From contig JBBIIG010000094.1 of the NCBI GenBank assembly GCA_037446635.1, positions 1-11,122 on the forward strand: a stretch of 11,122 bases of DNA. Reading direction: 5' to 3'. Origin of the DNA: a bacterium (lineage in GTDB: Bacteria; Zhuqueibacterota; Zhuqueibacteria; Oceanimicrobiales; Oceanimicrobiaceae). The notes beneath the pieces are model-generated. The model was given only the letters and a program-made list of their open reading frames with translations. It did not search any database and had not been told where the DNA came from. Shown here in pieces: positions 1-7,186 of the stretch. Each line of letters begins with the position of its first letter. Positions within the stretch are counted from its first letter, which is position 1. The translations under genes were made by a program, and so were the position numbers.

Positions 1-19
1 CCTCGCCCAAAAGCGCTAA

Positions 20-103
20 GGAGGGCTAGTCCTAATTGGTAAGGCAGCGGTCTTGAAAACCGCCGGGAGTAATCCCTTGGGGGTTCGAGTCCCTCGCCCT
101 CCG
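20..103 (+). tRNA. tRNA-Ser, anticodon TGA (class II, long variable arm; CCA not encoded)
   Basis: Acceptor stem GGAGGGC(20-26)/GCCCTCC(96-102), discriminator G103. Anticodon arm GCGGT-CTTGAAA-ACCGC. Variable arm GGGA-GTAA-TCCC. T arm GGGGG-TTCGAGT-CCCTC. Followed by CTA, not CCA. Confidence 0.93.
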
Positions 104-105
104 CT

Positions 106-342
106 ATGCATTACGTCTATGTATTGAAAAGTGAGAAGACGGGCCGTCTGTATAAGGGTTCGACGAGTGATTTGCCGGCTCGGGTAAAATCACATAATCA
201 GGGAAAAGTAAGATCGACAAAGGCAGGGCGGCCGTGGGTTCTGGTTTATCATGAGGAGTACGCAGACAAAACCGCAGCGCGCAAGCGGGAGTTGTTTTTA
301 AAGAGTGGTTCGGGGAGAAGATTTCTCCAGAGTGTTCTTTGA
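106..342 (+). CDS. Stand-alone small GIY-YIG nuclease (UPF0213-like), 78 aa
   Basis: MHYVYVLKS...LYKGST..L.AR.KSHN.G....TK..RPW.LVY.E.Y.....A.KRE.FLKSG.GR matches the small GIY-YIG pattern, with the conserved Tyr/Gly/Arg/His/Glu positions present (YIG appears as YKG). Confidence 0.92.
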   Translation: MHYVYVLKSEKTGRLYKGSTSDLPARVKSHNQGKVRSTKAGRPWVLVYHEEYADKTAARKRELFLKSGSGRRFLQSVL

Positions 343-349
343 AGTGTGG

Positions 350-423
350 AATTGGTAAGGCAGCGGTCTTGTCCGCGCAGCGGATCCGCTGAGGCGGAAA
401 AACCGCCGGGCGCAATTTGCCTT
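350..423 (+). pseudogene. Internal fragment of a tRNA-Ser(TGA) (D-loop to variable arm), interrupted in the anticodon
   Basis: 350-371 is identical to 34-55 (22 nt) and 399-410 is identical to 56-67 (12 nt), separated by a 27-nt insert. A variable-arm-like GGGC-GCAA-ttt-GCCT follows. No acceptor stem and no intact T arm. Confidence 0.88.
372..398. repeat. 27-nt palindromic insert TCCGCGCAGCGGATCCGCTGAGGCGGA
   Basis: Terminal inverted TCCGC/GCGGA enclosing the perfect 14-nt palindrome CAGCGGATCCGCTG. Boundaries are defined exactly by comparison with the intact tRNA at 20-103. Confidence 0.88.
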
Positions 424-484
424 AAGGTCGCTGTTCTTTTAAGCAAATTGTCGTCTATCGAATACTTAAGCGACTTAGACGCCC

Positions 485-571
485 GGAGAGGTGGCCGAGT
501 GGCTGAAGGCACAGGTTTGCTAAACCTGCGTAGGGGTAACTCTACCGTGGGTTCGAATCCCACCCTCTCCG
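485..571 (+). tRNA. tRNA-Ser, anticodon GCT (CCA not encoded)
   Basis: GGAGAGG/CCTCTCC acceptor stem, discriminator G571, anticodon arm CAGGT-TTGCTAA-ACCTG, long variable arm, GTGGG-TTCGAAT-CCCAC T arm. Confidence 0.96.
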
Positions 572-593
572 CTTCTTATTGTTGGTTGGTGAA

Positions 594-2102
594 ATGAATG
601 TCCGAGTAAAAAACCCCTCGGTTTCCCCTTTCAAGCAGGGGGGAGAAAACGAGGTTCGCGTGCGGTTCGCGCCGAGTCCAACTGGGTTTTTGCACGTGGG
701 CGGCGCGCGCACGGCGATTTTCAACTGGCTGTTTGCGCGCAAGCATCGCGGCCAGTTTTTTTTGCGGATCGAAGACACCGACGTCGCCCGCTCCGGCGAA
801 GAAATGGTGCGCGCCATTTTCAACGGGTTGCAGTGGCTGGGGTTGGATTGGGATGGGGAGGTGGTTTTTCATTCTCAGCGGTTTGGAGTGTACAAAGTCC
901 TGGCCGAGCAACTGGTTCAGCAAAAAAAAGCCTATCGCTGTTTTTGTTCGGCGGAGAAACTGCAAGCGGATCGCGAGCAAGCCGTTCAAGAAAAGCGGAC
1001 CTATAAATACGATCGCGCCTGCCTGCGATTGAGTGAAGATGAGATTCGCGCGCGAGAAAGCGCTGGCCAGCCCTACGTGATTCGCCTCAAAGTTCGCGAC
1101 GGCCAAACGGCATTTCGCGACGCGGTTTACGGCGACGTCAAGTTTGAAAATCAGCAGCTCGATGATTTTATTTTGCTGCGCAGCGACGGCCTGCCCACTT
1201 ATCATTTGGCGGTGGTGGTGGACGACAAGCACATGCACATCACCCACGTGATCCGCGGCGACGATCATCTCTCCAACACGCCAAAACACATTTTGCTCTA
1301 CGAGGCGTTTGGGTGGGCGCCGCCGGTGTTTGCGCACGTGCCGCTTATTTTGGGGCCGGACAAGCAACGGCTGAGCAAGCGCCACGGCGCAACTTCAATC
1401 GAGGAGTACGAAAAGGCTGGTTATCTTCCCGACGCTGTCTTTAATTTTTTGACGCTGCTGGGCTGGTCGCCCGGAGACGATCGCGAAATTTTTTCGCGAG
1501 CCGAACTAATTGAGGCGTTCGATCTCTCCGGCATTTCCAAAAAGAGCGCGGTGTTCGACGAGCGCAAATTGGAATGGATGAACGGCCAGTATTTGAACGC
1601 CATGAGCGTCGAGGAATTCGCCGTGCTGATGATAAAGAGATTGCAGGAAGCTGGCTTGCCTGATGTTGGAAAAAGTGAGGTATGCTCGAAAGTTGCGGCG
1701 CTGATTAAACCCCGCGTCCGCCGCCTCACGGAAATTCCGGGGATGACCAGCTACTTCTTCCACGACCCGGTCAGTTACGACGAAAAGGGCGCCGCCAAAT
1801 ACTGGCGGGATGCGGAGGTGGTTTCCGTGTTTGAGCAAATTAGCGATCGGCTTGCCGATTTAAACGTTTTCAACGCGGCAAATATTGAGCATGTGTTCCG
1901 GTCGCTGGCAGAAGAATTGGGCGTCCCTGCGGCCCAAATTATCCACCCGACGCGTTTGGCTTTGACCGGACAAACCAGCAGTCCGGGGCTGTTTGAGATC
2001 ATTGAAATTTTAGGCAAAGACACGGTGGCGCGGCGGCTGCAAAAAGCAGTTGCTTTCTTGCAAATTCATACTCCAGCCATTCAAGCTGCCGCTGAAGTTT
2101 AG
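594..2102 (+). CDS. gltX: Glutamate--tRNA ligase
   Basis: VRVRFAPSPTGFLHVGG (HIGH motif), LRIEDTD, AYRCFC...YDRAC, THVIRGDDH, RLSKR (KMSKS-like), and a C-terminal anticodon domain (RLALTG..SSPGLFE). ATG at 594 is preferred over TTG at 579. Confidence 0.98.
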   Translation: MNVRVKNPSVSPFKQGGENEVRVRFAPSPTGFLHVGGARTAIFNWLFARKHRGQFFLRIEDTDVARSGEEMVRAIFNGLQWLGLDWDGEVVFHSQRFGVYKVLAEQLVQQKKAYRCFCSAEKLQADREQAVQEKRTYKYDRACLRLSEDEIRARESAGQPYVIRLKVRDGQTAFRDAVYGDVKFENQQLDDFILLRSDGLPTYHLAVVVDDKHMHITHVIRGDDHLSNTPKHILLYEAFGWAPPVFAHVPLILGPDKQRLSKRHGATSIEEYEKAGYLPDAVFNFLTLLGWSPGDDREIFSRAELIEAFDLSGISKKSAVFDERKLEWMNGQYLNAMSVEEFAVLMIKRLQEAGLPDVGKSEVCSKVAALIKPRVRRLTEIPGMTSYFFHDPVSYDEKGAAKYWRDAEVVSVFEQISDRLADLNVFNAANIEHVFRSLAEELGVPAAQIIHPTRLALTGQTSSPGLFEIIEILGKDTVARRLQKAVAFLQIHTPAIQAAAEV

Positions 2103-2109
2103 CCAAAAC

Positions 2110-2183
2110 TGGGGAGTCGTCCAACGGCAGGACATACGGCTCTGGACCGTAGAATCGGGGTTCGAATCCCTGCTCCCCAGCCA
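2110..2183 (+). tRNA. tRNA-Gln, anticodon CTG (CCA encoded)
   Basis: TGGGGAG/CTCCCCA acceptor stem (U1-A72), GTCC/GGAC D stem, TACGG-CTCTGGA-CCGTA anticodon arm, TTCGAAT T loop, ends G-CCA. Confidence 0.97.
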
Positions 2184-2253
2184 ACTCTTACTTGCCCAAT
2201 TTGTTCGTAAGGCAAACACAGTGAAAGTCGAACGTTATGAATAGCAGGCAAGA

Positions 2254-2329
2254 GGAGTCATGGATGAATGGAGCGATGGATTGTAGTTCGTTTCACGTTT
2301 CATGTCTGACGTTTCACGATCATTACTCC
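2254..2329. repeat. Degenerate short tandem repeats (8-mers then 7-mers) inside a short inverted repeat
   Basis: GAGTCATG-GATGAATG-GAGCGATG (2255-2278); CGTTTCA-CGTTTCA-TGTCTGA-CGTTTCA (2289-2316); flanking GGAGTCATG(2254-2262)/CATTACTCC(2321-2329) are complementary at 8 of 9 positions. Confidence 0.6.
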
Positions 2330-2402
2330 CCGAACTGAATGGATCAAATCCAGCAGCACCACAAAGATTGCTACAACGCATTTTCTCAATTGACAAGCTT
2401 CC

Positions 2403-2476
2403 GCGCCCGTAGCTCAACTGGATAGAGCATCTGACTTCGGATCAGAGGGTTGAGGGTTCAAATCCTTCCGGGCGTA
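2403..2476 (+). tRNA. tRNA-Arg, anticodon TCG (CCA not encoded)
   Basis: GCGCCCG/CGGGCGT acceptor stem, GCTC/GAGC D stem, TCTGA-CTTCGGA-TCAGA anticodon arm, GAGGG-TTCAAAT-CCTTC T arm. Confidence 0.95.
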
Positions 2477-2486
2477 CTTACCTTTC

Positions 2487-2530
2487 ATAAATGCCACTCA
2501 TCTCGCCAAGATGAGTGGCATTTATATTTA
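2487..2530 (+). terminator. Probable intrinsic terminator after tRNA-Arg, possibly bidirectional
   Basis: Perfect 17-bp inverted repeat ATAAATGCCACTCATCT(2487-2503)/AGATGAGTGGCATTTAT(2509-2525), 5-nt loop, T-rich tail. Confidence 0.75.
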
Positions 2531-2555
2531 CAAATAAAAATATTTTTCTTACCTT
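2527..2555 (+). promoter_or_regulatory. Candidate sigma70-type promoter for the DUF2207-like gene
   Basis: TTTACA(2527-2532) - 17 nt - TACCTT(2550-2555) in an AT-rich stretch about 30 nt upstream of ATG 2587. Confidence 0.4.
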
Positions 2556-2586
2556 TAGCCGCAAAACCTGAGAGAGTGATCCGACT

Positions 2587-4389
2587 ATGTTAAGAAAAAT
2601 ATTTCTGTGGTGCGGTTTTGTTTTGCTCGCGGCTGCCACTGATTCCGCGATGGCCAAGTCGTACCGACTCGACCGAGTCGTCATCATGGGTGAAGTCACC
2701 GCCCATGGCAGCTTAAAGATCGAGGAGTCGCGAACCTACTCTTTTCGCGGCCGTTTCAGTTGGGCCGACTATCGTCTGCCGCTCGACGAGTTGGGAACCG
2801 TGACAGATTTCTCCCTGCGCGAAGACTCGCAAGTATATCGCATGGTCGCCAACAAAGACCCCGGCACCTACCAAGTCGAGCAGAGCAATAGCGAATTTTA
2901 CGTGAAGTGGTTTTACCGCGCGCGAAACGAAACCCGCACGTTCGTTCTGAATTACACCGTTACTCATGCGGTCACGAAATATGCGGACGTGGCGGAATTG
3001 TACTACAAGTTTATCGGAGAAGCCAATCCCAAAGCGATTGACTCAGTCCGCGTCAGCATCCGCTTGCCGCAGCCGGCAGACACCGCCTTTGTGAGAGCCT
3101 GGGCGCACGGACCGCTGTGGGGCGAGCTTCGTTTCGAAGGGGGTCAAATCGCCATGAACGCCTCTCCGTTACCGGCCCGACGTTACTGGGAGGCGCGAGT
3201 CGTTTTTCCCAACTCATGGTTGGACGACGCCCTACCCTCTAATAGCGAAGAAAGGCTGCCAGCTATTCTCGCCGACGAGCAGCGCTGGGCGCGCGAAGCC
3301 AACGAGCTGCGCCAGCGCGAATTGCAGGATTTGGCGGAGCGCCGCGAGAACGAGAGGAAAGCCTGGCCGATTGCCGCCGCGATCTCAGCCGCTGGACTTC
3401 TGGGAATTGCGTTGCTTTATCACAAGTTCGGCCGCGGCTACGACGTGCCCTATCGTCAAAAAATCGATTCCACGATTCCCGATGATATCCATCCCACGTT
3501 GGCCAGTTACCTCTATTATCAAAAACAGATGACCGGCAATGCGCTCATGGCCGCCCTGCTCCATCTCGCTAATCGAGGTTACCTCAAAATTGGAGAACAA
3601 CCTGCGGCGACGGGCGGGAGGCGATTCGGTGCAAAGAAGCCGCGCTTCATGATTCAGCTCGAAAATCCAGATTGGCGGTTCGATTCCTCCCTCATGAACT
3701 TTGAAGCCAGCCTGCTGGAGTTTCTTTTCGATGAGCTCGCCAACAAAAGCGGCCAGCTTGATATCGATGATTTCTGAATGAATCATCGCTAAGTGCGCAA
3801 ATGGTTTAACGAGTGGCAGAAGATGGTGAAAGGCCACGTTCACGGCCAGCCATTTTGGGACCGCGCGAGCATCAAAGGCACGCTCATGGCAATCGGGCTG
3901 GGAGCCGTGGTTGTTGGCGCCGGCATCGTCATCAATATCAAGCTTGGGCGTCCGGGAGGGCTGGCGATTGTGAGCGGATTGGTTTGCTGCGGTCTGGCTT
4001 TCACCATCTTGCGTTACACTCCGGAAATGAAGCTCCTGCGAAAAAGACTCCAGGCTTTACGGAGATATTTAAAAACCTACCATTCCCGCACCACACGAGG
4101 ACAGAACATCCTGCAAAATATTCAGAACTATTTGGTCTTTGCCGTGGCGCTGGGCGTCGGCGCAAGCGTCATACAACGGCTTCTCGAAACCGTGCCCGCC
4201 TATCAACACCAGGTGTACTTTCCGTGGTATGCCGCGGGCGCCCACGCCGCGACCGAGAATTTTGCGGCGGCCGTGTCTTCATTTGTTTCGGTTGCCAACA
4301 GTTCCATGAGCTCGGCGGCGGGAGTGGGCGGCGGCGCGTCCGTTGGCGGCGGAGGCGGCGCTGGCGGGGCAGCGGGCGGCGCCGGATAA
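2587..4389 (+). pseudogene. DUF2207-like membrane protein (600 codons) interrupted by two in-frame stops; pseudogene or base-call error
   Basis: ORFs 2587-3777 and 3793-4389 share one frame (..DIDDF*MNHR*VRKWF..). Signal peptide, KSY.., DVAELYYKFIG, RAWAHGPL.G, TM segments, YLVFAVALGV and a Gly-rich tail GGGGGAGGAAGGAG are typical of DUF2207 proteins. Confidence 0.82.
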
Positions 4390-4582
4390 ATCCTTTTCTG
4401 AAAAGTTCGGTCAACTTTTGTTATTTCGTTCAGCAAGAAACAATAACAACGGGCTTTGAGTGCGCTTCGATTTGGCAGGCCCGTTAAAGGTGAGTCTATG
4501 TCTTCACACCGTTCTCTGATAATCACTGCACGATGACATGACGATGGTGGTCCTGAAAGTTCAATAACCAAATTTCATAATC

Positions 4583-7171
4583 ATGCCGGAAACCAATTTT
4601 CGCGCCGCCGCGCGGTTTCGCGAGTTCTGGACGCTGCTCAAATCTTCCAATTTCAAATCCGTTCCCACCTTCTATTTTCTCGGTTGGCTGATCACTCTGT
4701 TCATTATCCTGCTTTCCGAAAATTCGATTTTCACCTCCGTCGGCTTGATCCACGTTCTTTATCTTTGGTGCTGGTACAAGCTCACCACGGCGATCGATCA
4801 GAAATATCGCCCGCAGGCGGAGTTTCTGATTCTCATGTTCTTCGCGATTTTTTTATTGGACGCGAGCCTTCTGCGCTCCCTCCCAGCGGTCCCTGCGCCG
4901 ACGCTGGTTTTTTTGAGCGGCCTGCAAGCGTTGTTGCTGGCGGCGCTCACTCTAATTTTCGGTTTGGTTCTCATTCACAACACTCAAACCAGTTTCTGGT
5001 TTTACCTGCTGACGTTTTTCCTCGCGATGATTTTGTTGAACCTGGTCGATAACGAGGGCGCCCTCTACCAGGTCATCGTTCAGCTTATTTTGTTGGTGTT
5101 TTTGTTGCGCCGCACCGCCTGGCTCGAGCTGCTCACCAAAACCGAGTGCTGGCTTTATCTCTTTTTGCTGCTGGCGGCGTTTTTCACTTTTTCTAAAATC
5201 GAGCCTTTCGCCGCCGTGCCTCACAACACCAGTATGCTCTGGTTCGGCCTGCCCAGGATTTTTTATTTTAGTTTTAAGATGTACCTGCTGGCGCTGCTGC
5301 TGAAAATTCCCGTGGTGCTGGTGTACAACTTTGCCAGCCTGTCGCGCAAGCTCAAAATCTCCAGCCTGTTTCAGGCGACGGTTCCGCAGTTTATTCAATT
5401 GTGCATGTTGCTGCTCGTCATCTTTTTCTTTCTCGCCGGTTGGCAGGCGGAGAAGCTGCGTCTGGCGCTGGTCACAAAGTTTGAGGAGATGGTTTCCGGG
5501 AAAAACGCCGCGCCCGCTCCGGTTTTTCAATTCCCGCTGAACTCCGATCGCAGCGTTCAGCTCGAAGGTTACCAGCCGCTGCAAGCAACCAGCAGGCTGC
5601 CGGACCAGGGCGTGATGGCGCTGGCGCGTTTGCCGTCGCCGGCGGACACCAGCGCCGGCGAAGATTACTTTATTTTTTTGGAATCCCATGATGACTCGAA
5701 TCGCCGGCTGTTGAACTTTGTGAAACTGGACACGCTTTTTCTGAGCGCCGTTTCTGAAGAAGTTTCGATTTTCGCCGCCTCGCAATTGACGGCTTATCCC
5801 TACCAGCCGTCGCGCTGGGAGTCGTACATTTACGATTTTAGTTTTTTGAAGAGCGATCGCAAACTCTGGATTTTTCCCTTCGCGATCCTTCCGCCCAAGC
5901 CGGCGTGGAGCGTTTCCTGGCCGCTAACAAATGGCAACGCTGCTTCGCCCGAGTGGGTGAAAGTCATCGATCGCGAGCTGCTGCAGCGCGCGCCCGTCGC
6001 CGTCGGGCGGGTGGTGGCGCCGCTGGTGGACGCCTCCAGCCGCGCCGGCGGCTTCTTTGCGTTTGATATCATCCTCCTGCCGCAGCTTTCCGTTTTTACT
6101 CCTACTTTAATTGGCTACATTCTATTGCTGGCGCTGGTTTACCTGCTGGTGAACGCCGTGGTGGTGGGCCGCATGGTGAAATTCGGCGAGGAGATCAACC
6201 GCATGATCGTTCAAAAATTCAACCAGCTTAAAACCGGCATTCGGGAAATTTCCGCGGGCAATCTCGATTACAAAGTGCAAATTGAAGGCCGCGACGAATT
6301 TGTGGAGTTGGCCGAGCGCTTCAACGTCATGGGCGAAAAATTGCAGGAGTCGATGGCGAAGGAGCGGGAAAAAGAACGCCTCGAGCACGAGCTGGCCATT
6401 GCCCGCCAGGTGCAGCTCGCCCTGCTGCCGCGTACGCTGCCAAACATTCCCGGCTTTCAAGTGGCGGCCGCCCTCCAAACCGCCAACGAAGTCGGCGGCG
6501 ATTTTTACGACCTGCTGCCCCTCGACAAGCAGAATTTTTTGTTCACCATCGGCGACGTTTCCGGCAAAGGCGCCTCCGCCGCGTTTTACATGGCGCAGTG
6601 CATCAGCTTGCTGCGGTTTTCACCGCAGTTCAGCCGCGACCCGCAGGAGATCGTCGTGCGGCTCAACAAATATTTTTCCGACCCCCTCATCGATCGCCAG
6701 GTGTTTGTGACCGCCGTGGTCGGGAGTTTGGATGCCAAAACCGCGCGCGTGCAACTGGTGCGCGCCGGCCACACTCCGCCGATTTTGATCCCGGGCAATT
6801 CTGCAAAATCCATCGCCGAGCTGCACTGCCAGGGGCTGGGCATTGGCATCGAGCGCCGCGGCGGCCTGTTCGAGAAAAACCTCAAATCGCTTTCACTGAA
6901 ATTACAGCCCGGCGACACCCTGCTGTTCTACACCGACGGCCTGGTGGAAGCCGCCAGCCTGCCCGCCGGAGGACTTGGGCAGGCGGGCGCCGCCGAGAAT
7001 GCCGCCGCGGCGTTTTACAGCGAAGAACGGCTGCGTTCGCTATTGCAAAAATCCCGCGGCGCCAACGCGGAGGAACTGCTGCGAATTTTGAAAGACGACA
7101 TCACGCAGTTTTATGCTGGCCGGCCGCTGGTGGACGATTACACGCTGCTCATCATTCAAAAACGCCAATGA
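4583..7171 (+). CDS. Multi-TM HAMP-domain PP2C-type (SpoIIE/RsbU-like) Ser/Thr phosphatase
   Basis: Long hydrophobic N-terminus, a soluble (probably extracytoplasmic) domain, a TM, a HAMP domain (ISAGNLDYKVQIEGRDEFVELAERFNVM), ELAIARQVQLALLP, GGDFYD, IGDVSGKG, RAGH, YTDGLVEA, DDYT. Confidence 0.93.
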   Translation: MPETNFRAAARFREFWTLLKSSNFKSVPTFYFLGWLITLFIILLSENSIFTSVGLIHVLYLWCWYKLTTAIDQKYRPQAEFLILMFFAIFLLDASLLRSLPAVPAPTLVFLSGLQALLLAALTLIFGLVLIHNTQTSFWFYLLTFFLAMILLNLVDNEGALYQVIVQLILLVFLLRRTAWLELLTKTECWLYLFLLLAAFFTFSKIEPFAAVPHNTSMLWFGLPRIFYFSFKMYLLALLLKIPVVLVYNFASLSRKLKISSLFQATVPQFIQLCMLLLVIFFFLAGWQAEKLRLALVTKFEEMVSGKNAAPAPVFQFPLNSDRSVQLEGYQPLQATSRLPDQGVMALARLPSPADTSAGEDYFIFLESHDDSNRRLLNFVKLDTLFLSAVSEEVSIFAASQLTAYPYQPSRWESYIYDFSFLKSDRKLWIFPFAILPPKPAWSVSWPLTNGNAASPEWVKVIDRELLQRAPVAVGRVVAPLVDASSRAGGFFAFDIILLPQLSVFTPTLIGYILLLALVYLLVNAVVVGRMVKFGEEINRMIVQKFNQLKTGIREISAGNLDYKVQIEGRDEFVELAERFNVMGEKLQESMAKEREKERLEHELAIARQVQLALLPRTLPNIPGFQVAAALQTANEVGGDFYDLLPLDKQNFLFTIGDVSGKGASAAFYMAQCISLLRFSPQFSRDPQEIVVRLNKYFSDPLIDRQVFVTAVVGSLDAKTARVQLVRAGHTPPILIPGNSAKSIAELHCQGLGIGIERRGGLFEKNLKSLSLKLQPGDTLLFYTDGLVEAASLPAGGLGQAGAAENAAAAFYSEERLRSLLQKSRGANAEELLRILKDDITQFYAGRPLVDDYTLLIIQKRQ

Positions 7172-7186
7172 ATTTGAGGAGGAAAA

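Noticed and set aside
1..9. CCTCGCCC matches 92-99 of tRNA-Ser; possible earlier repeat unit or 3' end of an upstream tRNA
   Set aside because: Only 8-9 nt at the window edge; chance, another tRNA end and a repeat cannot be told apart without upstream sequence.
52..58. 'TGA' in the anticodon loop suggesting a selenocysteine or opal suppressor tRNA
   Set aside because: Anticodon TGA reads UCA (Ser). tRNA-Sec has anticodon TCA and a longer acceptor stem.
350..430. Intron-containing functional tRNA
   Set aside because: Removing the insert still leaves no acceptor stem or T arm.
423..477. Imperfect inverted repeat TAAGGTCGCT / AGCGACTTA
   Set aside because: Short, bulged and widely spaced; not distinguishable from chance.
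104..597. ORFs 104-415(-), 249-563(-) and 346-597(+)
   Set aside because: They overlap tRNA genes or the GIY-YIG gene, and the translations are typical tRNA shadow peptides.
3775..3792. Stop-codon reassignment or DGR-type adenine mutagenesis in the DUF2207-like gene
   Set aside because: TGA and TAA both terminate other genes in this window, and no template repeat or reverse transcriptase is visible.
4393..4419. Small overlapping hairpins (CTTTTC/GAAAAG; AAAAGTT/AACTTTT) as a terminator
   Set aside because: Stems are short and AT-rich; too weak to call.
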